Assembly: GCA_018896645.1 (NCBI GenBank) | Contig: JAHIMF010000041.1 | Coordinates: forward strand, 1,980-65,979 | Reading direction: 5' to 3' | DNA: 64,000 nt | Origin: Patescibacteria group bacterium | GTDB lineage: Bacteria; Patescibacteriota; Patescibacteriia; UBA2591; JABMQE01 | Shown here: in pieces, positions 39,553 through 49,141 of the stretch | How positions within the stretch are numbered: the first letter of the stretch is position 1 | Layout of the letters: every line of letters starts with the position of its first letter | The notes under the pieces: generated by a model | Databases searched by the model: none | Told to the model about the DNA's origin: nothing | What the model saw: only the letters and a program-made list of their open reading frames with translations | Program-made: the position numbers and the translations under genes

Positions 39553-39724
39553 TGTTATTCCGAGCGTAGCGAGCTTTTTTTTCATTCCGAACGGAGTCCC
39601 GCACGCATGCGGGGCGCAGTGAGGAATCCCTTAACTCTAGAAAATGGAAGGATGGGGTGGAAAGCCTGCGGTGAAGGGATTCCTCGCTGCGGCTCGGAAT
39701 GAAAAAAAACTTCGTTCGAAATAG
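39553..39724. repeat. REP-doublet (REPIN-like) element of the GTCATTCC type with a nested hairpin
   Basis: T8-CATTCCGA / TCGGAATG-A8 and GCAGTGAGGAATCCCTT / AAGGGATTCCTCGCTGC inverted pairs; extra hairpin GTCCCGCA-CGCA-TGCGGGGC in the left arm. Confidence 0.8.
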
Positions 39725-39795
39725 TAGAACAGTGTTTTCGGACAGTCTCATATATTCGTTTTAATTCGTGAATAATTCGAGTAATATTAGTGCTT

Positions 39796-40968
39796 ATGAA
39801 GATAGCTATTATCACCTCTACTTTCCCGCCCTACCGCGGCGGCATCGGCAATGTGGCCTATCAGGAAGCCCGGGAATTAGCGCGGCTTGGCAATCAGGTG
39901 ACAATTTTTACACCCAGGTATGATACGACCCAAGATAAAGTCCAAAAGGTTGATGGCCTTATTGTCAAGCGGCTTTTTTCATTGCTCAAATTTGGCAATG
40001 CGGCTTTTTTGCCGCAGCTTTTGTGGTCGTTGGGGGATTTTAATGTTTGGTATTTGCATTACCCGTTTTTTGGCGGTGCGGAGATTGTATGGCTTTTAAA
40101 GAAATTCAAGAAGTCAAAAAAAATAATTATTCGTTATCATATGGATGTGGTGGGCAGAGGATCGTTAGAATTTTTTTTTAACGCTCACTCCCGCTATATC
40201 ATGCCCAAAATTATCAAATCAGCGGACAGGGTAATTGTCTCGTCCTATGATTATGCTCATCATTCCAATATTAAAGAATTAATTTCAGGCAATCAAAAAA
40301 AATTTACAGAGATTCCTTTTGGGGTGGATTTGAAAAGTTTTATTCCCAGCTCAAAAGACGATTTATTTTTAGATGAATTAGGCGTGGCAGCAGAAGATAA
40401 GATAGCCATGTTTATAGGGACCTTGGATAAAGCCCATTATTTTAAAGGAGTGGAAATTTTGCTTCAGGCGTTTAGTTTGCTCGAAGACCGGCCTTACAAA
40501 TTAGTAATTGTTGGCGAAGGAGATTTGCGTTCACATTACGAAAAGATGGCTGAAAAATTAGGTATTACTAAAAAAGTAATTTTTGCCGGCGCGCCCAGCG
40601 ATAGAGATTTACCGGCATTTTATAACATTGCTGATGTTGTGGTTTTGCCTTCAATTGATAAAAGCGAGGCTTTTGGTTTGGTTTTAATAGAAGCCATGGC
40701 TTGCGCCAAACCCGTGATAGCTTCTGATTTGGCTGGGGTGAGGAGCGTGGTTGAAGATGGCGTTAATGGGTTTTTAGTTAAGCCCAAGAATACTGGTGAA
40801 TTGGCTAATCGGATTGATTATGTTTTGAGCAACATTGAGACTGCTAAGCAAATGGGGGGGAGAGGTCGGGAGAAAGTTGAGCGGGTTTATAATTGGGAAC
40901 GGGTTGGGCAAGATTTATCACGAATATTACACGAATTATTCACGAATTGCAATCGAATTTATATATGA
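39796..40968 (+). CDS. Glycosyltransferase family 4
   Basis: FPPYRGGIG, PFGVD, FKG, SEAFGLVLIEAMAC; ATG at 39796. Confidence 0.92.
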   Translation: MKIAIITSTFPPYRGGIGNVAYQEARELARLGNQVTIFTPRYDTTQDKVQKVDGLIVKRLFSLLKFGNAAFLPQLLWSLGDFNVWYLHYPFFGGAEIVWLLKKFKKSKKIIIRYHMDVVGRGSLEFFFNAHSRYIMPKIIKSADRVIVSSYDYAHHSNIKELISGNQKKFTEIPFGVDLKSFIPSSKDDLFLDELGVAAEDKIAMFIGTLDKAHYFKGVEILLQAFSLLEDRPYKLVIVGEGDLRSHYEKMAEKLGITKKVIFAGAPSDRDLPAFYNIADVVVLPSIDKSEAFGLVLIEAMACAKPVIASDLAGVRSVVEDGVNGFLVKPKNTGELANRIDYVLSNIETAKQMGGRGREKVERVYNWERVGQDLSRILHELFTNCNRIYI

Positions 40969-41023
40969 ATAATTAACTTAAATTATCTCTAATGAGCTCT
41001 GATAACTTGGATAATATTTACGC

Positions 41024-43537
41024 ATGCTAAATAAACTCATTTCTCAAATCCAACGCGACAAAAACTATACTTTCACCACTTTAGCGATTTTGTGCGTGGT
41101 TTTTTTGTGGTTTGTAATACAGGTGGTGTATCCGTCAACTTCTGGGGTTATTGGTTTTGGCGGGCGATTGGTTGCTTTTAGCGCCTTTTTATTTTATTGG
41201 TTTATTGGGGCTTCTTGGTTAGCAGGCATTTTTAAAAAGATTGTCAAATTTAGTAATGTTTGGTCATTTGTTTTTGGAATTTTCTTAATGCTTTATTTAA
41301 TTAGTTTTGTAATGGCATTTTGGATTGTGTTTTATAAGATAACGGTAGTGCTCATGGCGATGAGTTTGATGATTTTGATTTTGGGCATTTCTTTTTTATA
41401 TAGGAGAGTAACTAGTCACTCGTCATTCGACCCTGAGCTCATGACCGAAGGGTCACTAGTCACTGGGGATTCTTTTTCTCCAGAAGAATCTAAACAAGAA
41501 TTAGTGGTTACTAATAATACTTCTTTTGGGGATTCCTTAATCCTTGGCCACTGGGTTTGGCCGTCATTAGCAGTAGCCGCTATCATTGCCATCGGACTTC
41601 TATTCCTCGCTCGTACTGGCGACTATATGATTACCCCTTGGTCTGATGTGAGTCCTTTATATTTATACTTTTATGCCTTCATCTCTTTTATTATTTTTCT
41701 CTTGATTTTTTCTCGGACGCGGTTAAGAACCCTATTGATTATTATCATTCTTCATTCGTTTTTACTGCACTCTTATTTACCAATTGTTTATAAAACAGGT
41801 TTTGGCGGCGATAAGTGGCGGCATATTGCGGCCGAGAGATCGCTCCAAGCTGGAGAGGTTTATTCGCCGAGTTTGTTTGGCGAAGAAAAGCTGACGATGA
41901 GAAAGATTGGTCCGTTTTCAGTGCCCGAGGTTTTTATTGTTGGCAATAAAACCTCTTATGCTAATCAATGGGGTTTAACTATTGCTTTATCTTGGATATT
42001 AAATATTGATGTCTTTTGGATTGACCTTTTGCTTGTATTCGCCTTGTGGTCAATTTTTATTCCCTTATTTTTGATTAAAATCGGTTCTTTTTTTATCAAA
42101 GATAAAATATTTCTCGGACTGTTAACGTTTGTGCCTTCGCTTTTTTATCCTTTGCAGGTTTATGGCTCTATTACCATTCCCGTGGCGTTTGGTTTTTTGT
42201 ATTTTGTTTTTATGCTTGCTTTGTGGCTTTTATATTTGCATAAAAATGAATGGGATAAGCGATTTTTTGGGTTTTTATTGATATTAACGGCTTTGATGTA
42301 TTTTAATTATTTTATTTATTTTGTTCTAATACTGGAGATTGGGGCTATAATTTTTGTATTTAAAAAATATATATTACCGCGCCTCTTGCAGGGTCGCTCG
42401 CCTTCAAAAAAGTTTATATTTTACTTGTTGTTTTTGCTGGGATTTTGTGTTGTCTTTATTCCTGTTCTTGATAAACTAATTGGCCTATCTAATTTTGATG
42501 TGGGGGGCTTGATTCATTTTTGGAAAATCCCAAGACAGTTGGAAGAATTTTTTCTGGGTAAACTTTTGGGGTTGGGTGAATTTGTTCCTTTTCCAACATT
42601 TATTTCTCAAGGCAATTTTATATTTATGCAACTTTCCCGATATTCTTTATCCAGCACCACTTTTTTGAATTTTGTTTATTGGCAAAAATATATCAGCATT
42701 TTTTTATGGCTTTTGATTGTTTATGGAATGACCCGTATTGGCAAAGTCAAGGCTATGCGTGTAGCGACTCTTTGGCTTATTTTTATTTTTATCCTTTTAA
42801 CCAATCATTTTTTATCAATGTATTACATGGATGGGGTGCGGTTATTGACGAAACGTCTGGATTTAGTCATTGCGTTTTTTCTATTGCCCATGCTCGCGCT
42901 CGGAATTTACCGGATAGTTTTTCGAAACTCAAAAATTGTCAGTCATAATGCCAAAATTATTGCCCTGGGCTTGCTTTTGGTGGTTTCTTCAAGTGTTGCT
43001 TACGCTTCCGGGCCAAAATTGGAAGTAGTGACCGAGGATGAACTGGAAGCCGCGGAATATGTGTTTAAAGAAATTAAGAAATTAAGAAACAAGAAACAAG
43101 AAACTAGTGAACTAGAAATTGGGGACGATCCCAGCGACCAATTACTAATTAATAGTGACGAGGTTAATAATGTTAATAGAGTTAATAATAAATGGTATTA
43201 TTGTGTGTTGGCTAATACTTGGCCGCTTTTAGGATTAGAGGCAGTGTCTAATAGGCGTGTTGTAACCGGGGGCTTTCCGGTTTATACTGAATACGCGCAA
43301 CCGGAACGGGTGCAGCTTTGGAAAAAAATGATTAGCGAGCCCTCAATTCGGTACTTAGAAAAAAGCCTGGAGATTACCGGAGCTGATCATTGTTATTTTA
43401 TGATAGAGAAAAAATGGTTTGATGTTGAGGAAAAAAAGCAAGAGGAAAAATTGGAGCGGACTATAGAGATGCTGGGGAAGTATGAGAGGTTTGGGGAAGT
43501 GTATGTATTTTATTATGAGGGTGAGGACCACGAATAG
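41024..43537 (+). CDS. Large polytopic membrane protein, probably GT-C-like, with repeat-derived insertions
   Basis: Numerous TM helices, GGDKWRH loop motif, soluble C-terminal domain; context is a glycan locus. Confidence 0.6.
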   Translation: MLNKLISQIQRDKNYTFTTLAILCVVFLWFVIQVVYPSTSGVIGFGGRLVAFSAFLFYWFIGASWLAGIFKKIVKFSNVWSFVFGIFLMLYLISFVMAFWIVFYKITVVLMAMSLMILILGISFLYRRVTSHSSFDPELMTEGSLVTGDSFSPEESKQELVVTNNTSFGDSLILGHWVWPSLAVAAIIAIGLLFLARTGDYMITPWSDVSPLYLYFYAFISFIIFLLIFSRTRLRTLLIIIILHSFLLHSYLPIVYKTGFGGDKWRHIAAERSLQAGEVYSPSLFGEEKLTMRKIGPFSVPEVFIVGNKTSYANQWGLTIALSWILNIDVFWIDLLLVFALWSIFIPLFLIKIGSFFIKDKIFLGLLTFVPSLFYPLQVYGSITIPVAFGFLYFVFMLALWLLYLHKNEWDKRFFGFLLILTALMYFNYFIYFVLILEIGAIIFVFKKYILPRLLQGRSPSKKFIFYLLFLLGFCVVFIPVLDKLIGLSNFDVGGLIHFWKIPRQLEEFFLGKLLGLGEFVPFPTFISQGNFIFMQLSRYSLSSTTFLNFVYWQKYISIFLWLLIVYGMTRIGKVKAMRVATLWLIFIFILLTNHFLSMYYMDGVRLLTKRLDLVIAFFLLPMLALGIYRIVFRNSKIVSHNAKIIALGLLLVVSSSVAYASGPKLEVVTEDELEAAEYVFKEIKKLRNKKQETSELEIGDDPSDQLLINSDEVNNVNRVNNKWYYCVLANTWPLLGLEAVSNRRVVTGGFPVYTEYAQPERVQLWKKMISEPSIRYLEKSLEITGADHCYFMIEKKWFDVEEKKQEEKLERTIEMLGKYERFGEVYVFYYEGEDHE

Positions 43538-43555
43538 CACAAAAGACCACAAATT

Positions 43556-43584
43556 TTGCCATTATAGTTTGGTTTGTGTATAAT
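43556..43584 (+). promoter_or_regulatory. Sigma70-type promoter upstream of the phosphoesterase/rml genes
   Basis: TTGCCA (43556-43561), 17 nt, TATAAT (43579-43584). Confidence 0.65.
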
Positions 43585-43747
43585 GCAATTAGTGATATTT
43601 ATCCATTTAGCATCTTTTCATTTATCATCTTTTTATTAATTTATTTGTTTATTAATTTATTGAATTTATTAATAAACTAATAAAAGCGAGCGAGCGCAAT
43701 AAATCAGTAAAAAATATGATAAATGGATATATGGAAAATGAAAATGT

Positions 43748-44263
43748 ATGAAACTCGGCGTTATCTCCGATACCCACGGGGAAATAGAAAAAATTAAAAA
43801 AGTCCTTGAAATTTTCAAAAAAAGAAGCGTAGAAATGATTATTCATGCCGGGGACATGGACAGGGTTAGAAATTTAGAAGTGTTTCAAGGCATTGGGGTG
43901 CCTTTAAAAATGGCAATTGGCAATATAGATGAAGAGCCTGTTTTGTATCCGCCGAAAGCCAAAGAATTAGGCCTTGATTTTGAAATGAACAGTTTTTTGA
44001 ATGTAGAAGCCGGGGAAAGGCGATTGTTTTTATTTCACGGTAATGTGTTGGGCGGGCTTGAGCAGGTATTTGATACCTTGATTACTTCTCGCAAATATGA
44101 TGTTATAATATACGGACATACGCACAAGCCGCGGAATGAATATAAAGATAATGTATTGATTTTAAACCCCGGTAGTTTACAATCAATTCAGTTGGGGATT
44201 AAAGATTCAGCGGCAGTGTATGATACAGAGACTAACAAGGCAAAGATTATAGAGGTTAATTAA
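43748..44263 (+). CDS. YfcE/MJ0936-family metallophosphoesterase
   Basis: SDTHG, HAGD, GN.D, FHG, GHTH, NPGS. Confidence 0.92.
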   Translation: MKLGVISDTHGEIEKIKKVLEIFKKRSVEMIIHAGDMDRVRNLEVFQGIGVPLKMAIGNIDEEPVLYPPKAKELGLDFEMNSFLNVEAGERRLFLFHGNVLGGLEQVFDTLITSRKYDVIIYGHTHKPRNEYKDNVLILNPGSLQSIQLGIKDSAAVYDTETNKAKIIEVN

Positions 44264-44298
44264 ACAAGCAATCGAATAAATAAGTAAAGTAGATTATT

Positions 44299-46344
44299 AT
44301 GAAACTTTTAATTACCGGCGGGGCCGGGTTTATCGGCTCCAATTTTATCCGTTATATTTTAAAAAAATATCCAGGTTATAAAATTATTAATCTGGATAAA
44401 TTAACTTATGCCGGGAACTTGGAGAATTTGCGTGACTTATCCGCCCCTGGCGGAGAGAATGATCCCAGATATAAATTTGTTAAAGGTGATATTTGTGATG
44501 AGAAAATTGTCAGTGAAGCGGCCAAGGATGTTGATGCAATAGTGAACTTTGCGGCAGAAAGCATTTCAGAAGAAACCTACTTACCGATTTGGAACAGAGG
44601 AAATATAGAAGTTACTACCCTGAAAGAACTGTTTGAGAAAGTTGTTCATCAAAATAAGACAAAGGTGGTGGTCCGAAAAGACAGAGAAATAATTAATTTT
44701 GCTCATAAAAATTATAAAGTTCTATCATATAAAGGTGGTATTGGCTATTGGATGCCAATTAAGCAAATGAGTAGACATAAGTATAAAGGCAAATTAATAA
44801 GACTGAGTCAAAAATGGGGAGAGATTACTGCCACACCCAATCATTCAATTTATGACTGTGATTTTAATTTGACCACCCCCCTTAAAAATCCAGAACTTTT
44901 AGGTTTAAGAAACATAAACCACATTTCCAAAAAAAAGAAATATCTGAATTTTTCAGGTAAAAAGTTAAAGGTCCTATTAAGAGTTTTGGGAGCCTACATT
45001 TCTGAAGGTTGGACAACATATAATAAAAGGAATGGGAGCTATCATTTTGGTATATCTAATACTGATGAAGAACAGATAGTATTGCTAAAAGATGATTTAT
45101 TATCGCTGGGTTATAGACCGAATATTACCAAAACAAAGGGTGGATTATTTCAGCTAATAATTAGTAATAAAGGTTTTTTTAATTTTGTTAGAAAAGAGGC
45201 GGGATTTAGATCAGCAGGTAAATTTATTCCCTCTTTTATTTTTCAGCTAGAGACTTCTCTACAACAAGAATTTTTGCGGCTGTTAGTGTGGGGAGATGGG
45301 CAAGAGATAGTAAATAAAAATTATAAAACCACAAGATATGTTACTAAATCTAAAAAATTAGCTACAGGGCTATCTTTATTGCTTTCTCTATTTCATTATA
45401 ATTATTCTGTAGGTTATGATAAAAGATTCAATGCTTACATCATTGTTTGGGGTAATGATTATACGATTTCATTAATAAATAAAGAATATACAGAAATACC
45501 TTACGACGGTTATGTTTATGATATTTCAGTAGATAATTTAAAAAACTTTGTTTGCGGAGTAGGGAATATAGTTGTTCATAATACGCATGTGGACCGCTCG
45601 CTTTACGAACCTGGTAGTTTTATTAAAACCGATGTTTATGGCACTTGGGTTTTGCTTGAGGTAGTGAAAAGGTTTAAGATTAAAAAATATTTGCAGGTCT
45701 CAACTGATGAAGTTTATGGTGATGTTTCTAGCCCCAATTTTTCAAAAGAGACGGACTTGTTGCACCCCTCGTCTCCTTATTCTGCTTCTAAGGCTGGCGG
45801 TGATATGCAGGTATTGGCAAGTCACCGAACTTTTGACTTACCGATTTTAATTACCAGAAGTTCTAATAATTATGGACCTTTCCAATATCCAGAAAAAATT
45901 GTACCTTTGTTTATAACGAATTGTCTGGAAAATAAGGAAGTGCCGGTTTATGACGGGGGAACGCAGATCAGGGATTGGTTGTATGTTGAGGATAATTGTA
46001 CGGGCATTGATACGGTATTACACAAAGGCGAGTTTGGCGAGATTTATAATATCGGCGCTAATCAAGAGCCGGAAATTACTAATTTGGAGTTGACCAAAAC
46101 AATATTAAAATTAACCGAGAAAGATGAATCTTTAATCAAACACGTTACTGGTCTTAGGCCTGGTCATGACCAACGTTATGCAGTGGACACTACAAAGATT
46201 CGTAAATTAGGATGGGAACCCAAAATGAGTTTTAAGGAGGGCATGAGTCAAACGGTTTATTGGTATGTTAAGAATCAGGATTGGTGGAAGAAGATAAAGA
46301 GCGGAGAATATCTTGAGTATTATAAGAAGCATTATCGCGAGTGA
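44299..46344 (+). CDS. rfbB: dTDP-glucose 4,6-dehydratase, intein-containing precursor (340 aa after splicing)
   Basis: TGGAGFIGSNF, LDKLTYAGN, NFAAE|THVDRS split by the intein, STDEVYG, PSSPYSASKA, YGP.QYPEK, RPGHD.RYA. Confidence 0.95.
   Translation: MKLLITGGAGFIGSNFIRYILKKYPGYKIINLDKLTYAGNLENLRDLSAPGGENDPRYKFVKGDICDEKIVSEAAKDVDAIVNFAAESISEETYLPIWNRGNIEVTTLKELFEKVVHQNKTKVVVRKDREIINFAHKNYKVLSYKGGIGYWMPIKQMSRHKYKGKLIRLSQKWGEITATPNHSIYDCDFNLTTPLKNPELLGLRNINHISKKKKYLNFSGKKLKVLLRVLGAYISEGWTTYNKRNGSYHFGISNTDEEQIVLLKDDLLSLGYRPNITKTKGGLFQLIISNKGFFNFVRKEAGFRSAGKFIPSFIFQLETSLQQEFLRLLVWGDGQEIVNKNYKTTRYVTKSKKLATGLSLLLSLFHYNYSVGYDKRFNAYIIVWGNDYTISLINKEYTEIPYDGYVYDISVDNLKNFVCGVGNIVVHNTHVDRSLYEPGSFIKTDVYGTWVLLEVVKRFKIKKYLQVSTDEVYGDVSSPNFSKETDLLHPSSPYSASKAGGDMQVLASHRTFDLPILITRSSNNYGPFQYPEKIVPLFITNCLENKEVPVYDGGTQIRDWLYVEDNCTGIDTVLHKGEFGEIYNIGANQEPEITNLELTKTILKLTEKDESLIKHVTGLRPGHDQRYAVDTTKIRKLGWEPKMSFKEGMSQTVYWYVKNQDWWKKIKSGEYLEYYKKHYRE
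44560..45582 (+). mobile_element. Intein with LAGLIDADG homing endonuclease (341 aa)
   Basis: Starts Ser (SISEET), block B TATPNH, endonuclease motifs LGAYISEG and LVWGDG, block F VYDISV, ends VVHN followed by Thr; removal restores AAETHVDRS. Confidence 0.93.
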
Positions 46345-46390
46345 TTGAATAATTAAGTAACTAACTAATCGAGTAATTAGGTAATTATTT

Positions 46391-47098
46391 ATGTCAAAAC
46401 CAAAGATATACCCATCGGTTGTTACTTGGGGAGCGGATTGGAGACAGCAATTAAGAGATGTTAAAAAATTGAAATTAAGGGAGGCGACTGTTTTTTTGAC
46501 TGGAATTGACAAAGATGCACATCAAGAATTCTATAGATTTTTAAAAAATAGCGGGATTAAAAAAATACCTCATATTCATTTGCGGCATGATTTTGATGAG
46601 GACGAAATTAAAGACTTGACTAAAGAATATGGCGTAGATTATTTTACGATTCATTTTAAAACAGTTGAGCATTATTTGAATTGGAATAAAAGCTTGAAGG
46701 ATAAAATGTGTGTTGAATATAATGCTGATGAATGGGAAGGAGTAAAAATTAACGATTTTGAATTTATAAAAGAGATTGCCGGGGTTTGTGTTGATATTGG
46801 GCACTATGCCGCTGAAAATTTGTTGAATCGGTTTAATACCATCGAATTGTTTAAAAAAGTGATTGACACTTATCCCGTTGTAATAAATCATCTAAATGGC
46901 AAATATTTTGTTAAAAACAAAGATGGATGCGATGAAATAAAGCGAGGACATTTAGTGGTTGACATAAAAAAAGATTTTGAATATTTGGATGATGTGCCTA
47001 GAAAATTATTTACTAAAAATGTTTATCTTGAATTAAGGAATACGATACCGGAACAGATTGAGATAAGGGATTATTTGTATGGGAAATATTTTAAATAA
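46391..47098 (+). CDS. Hypothetical protein, possibly xylose-isomerase-like TIM barrel
   Basis: Long ORF in the operon; HIHLR, VE, CVDIGH, HLNG and LE pattern resembles metal-binding TIM barrels. Confidence 0.5.
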   Translation: MSKPKIYPSVVTWGADWRQQLRDVKKLKLREATVFLTGIDKDAHQEFYRFLKNSGIKKIPHIHLRHDFDEDEIKDLTKEYGVDYFTIHFKTVEHYLNWNKSLKDKMCVEYNADEWEGVKINDFEFIKEIAGVCVDIGHYAAENLLNRFNTIELFKKVIDTYPVVINHLNGKYFVKNKDGCDEIKRGHLVVDIKKDFEYLDDVPRKLFTKNVYLELRNTIPEQIEIRDYLYGKYFK

Positions 47099-47101
47099 AA
47101 A

Positions 47102-47194
47102 TTTCTACCCGACTTTAGTCGAGGGTTCGCGAAGCATTAGCTTCAGACGAAGGCAACTAAAGTTGTCCGACCCTGACCTAAAGGTCGGTAGAAA
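47102..47194. repeat. Multi-hairpin palindromic element
   Basis: Outer TTTCTACC/GGTAGAAA, inner AGGGT/ACCCT, four short hairpins. Confidence 0.7.
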
Positions 47195-47204
47195 GTGAAA
47201 AACC

Positions 47205-48023
47205 ATGAAATACCTAATTTTCGGCAATGGCTATCTTGGCCAACAATTTCATAAATATTTTAAAGGCTCGGTGATGAGTGAGGTTTTTGTTAAGAAAGAG
47301 GAAGATGCTTTGCGTGAGATTGAGAAACATGAGCCGGAATGGGTGCTAAATTGCGCTGGGATAACTGGCCGGCCTAATATTGATTGGTGCGAAGATAATA
47401 AACAGGAGACATTTGAGGGCAATGTTTTATTACCCTTGATGATTGCTAAAGCTTGCAAAAAAGTTGGGGTTAAGATGTTGCATTTGGGCTCGGGCTGCGT
47501 ATATTCCGGCGATAATAATAGGAAGGGCTGGAGCGAAAAAGACGCGCCAAATTTTAGCGGCAGTTTTTATTCTAAAACCAAGGCCTTAAGCGAGGATATG
47601 TTAAAAGATTATAATGTTTTGCAATTGCGTTTGCGGATGCCAATTGATAATGATATTTCCAGTGAAAGAAACTTCATTAAAAAAATTACTGGTTATAAAA
47701 AAGTGATTGATATAAAAAATTCCATGACTATTGTTGATGATTTACTGCATGTTGCTGACACTTTGATGTCAAGAAATAAAACCGGAATTTATAATATGGT
47801 TAATCCCGGACCGATGAGCCATAGAGAAATTCTTGATTTGTATAAAGAGATGGTTGACTCAAAGTTTAATTACGATATTATTTCAGTTGATGAGTTGCAT
47901 AAAACGACTAAGGCGGAGAGGAGTAATTGTGTTTTAAATATGGAGAAATTAACGAAAGAAGTGGAGTTAAAGCCGTTGAAAGAGCGTTTGACTGAAATCT
48001 TTCAGAGAACACAGGAAAAGTAA
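47205..48023 (+). CDS. RmlD-family NDP-4-keto-rhamnose reductase, NRS/ER (bifunctional epimerase-reductase)-like
   Basis: G.GYLG, NCAGITGRPNIDWCE, GSGCVY, NFSGSFYSKTK, LRLRMPI, RNFIKKI. Confidence 0.85.
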   Translation: MKYLIFGNGYLGQQFHKYFKGSVMSEVFVKKEEDALREIEKHEPEWVLNCAGITGRPNIDWCEDNKQETFEGNVLLPLMIAKACKKVGVKMLHLGSGCVYSGDNNRKGWSEKDAPNFSGSFYSKTKALSEDMLKDYNVLQLRLRMPIDNDISSERNFIKKITGYKKVIDIKNSMTIVDDLLHVADTLMSRNKTGIYNMVNPGPMSHREILDLYKEMVDSKFNYDIISVDELHKTTKAERSNCVLNMEKLTKEVELKPLKERLTEIFQRTQEK

Positions 48024-48094
48024 CTTATAGTAATAAGCTCGCTCACTGCGGTTCGCTTCGCGTAATACAGTTGTAACTCAATAGTCACTCATTG
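48020..48094 (+). repeat. Third copy of the GTAACTTATAGTAATAAGCTCG unit
   Basis: Identical 22-mer at 48020-48041, short variable core, then TCGCGTAATACA; includes the TAA stop of the upstream gene. Confidence 0.8.
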
Positions 48095-48157
48095 TAATAT
48101 TTTAAATTTAATCTGCCTTACAGCTTATAGCTTTAAGGCTTTACAGCTCAAAAATTT

Positions 48158-48880
<723 letters not shown>

Positions 48881-48954
48881 TTTAAGCATTGAACCATTCG
48901 CACGCCTGCCCGCCTCTGGAGGGAATGGTTCCAAGATTGCAACTGTTTAAAAAG

Positions 48955-48985
48955 AAAAAACCACTCCGGTAAACCGTGAGTGGTT
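48955..48985 (-). terminator. Intrinsic terminator for the antisense two-gene island
   Basis: CCACTC...GAGTGG stem preceded by an A-tract on the plus strand. Confidence 0.6.
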
Positions 48986-49141
48986 GTAGATTTTATGATT
49001 GGTATCCTACGATTGATTTTGGAATCTCGATTATGCCGCTTTGATGGCCTTGGTTAGTTTTTCAACTTCTCACGTAATCAAAATTACCAGAATAGTTAGG
49101 ATGATAAGCTATTTAAGCAGCGGTTCCTCCCATCTTTGTTT

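Noticed and set aside
39521-39815. Short minus-strand ORFs of 76-77 aa (likewise 32016-32270, 43652-43846, 52828-53013)
   Set aside because: They are translations of palindromic or periodic repeats, with no RBS or family motif
47102-47194. tRNA gene (cloverleaf-like fold)
   Set aside because: Loops are only 2-4 nt; there is no T-loop in the correct position, no 7-nt anticodon loop and no CCA end
34900-48094. The 22-mer copies as ends of a 13-kb composite transposon or prophage att sites
   Set aside because: No transposase or integrase lies between them, and the unit behaves as a short dispersed repeat with variable cores
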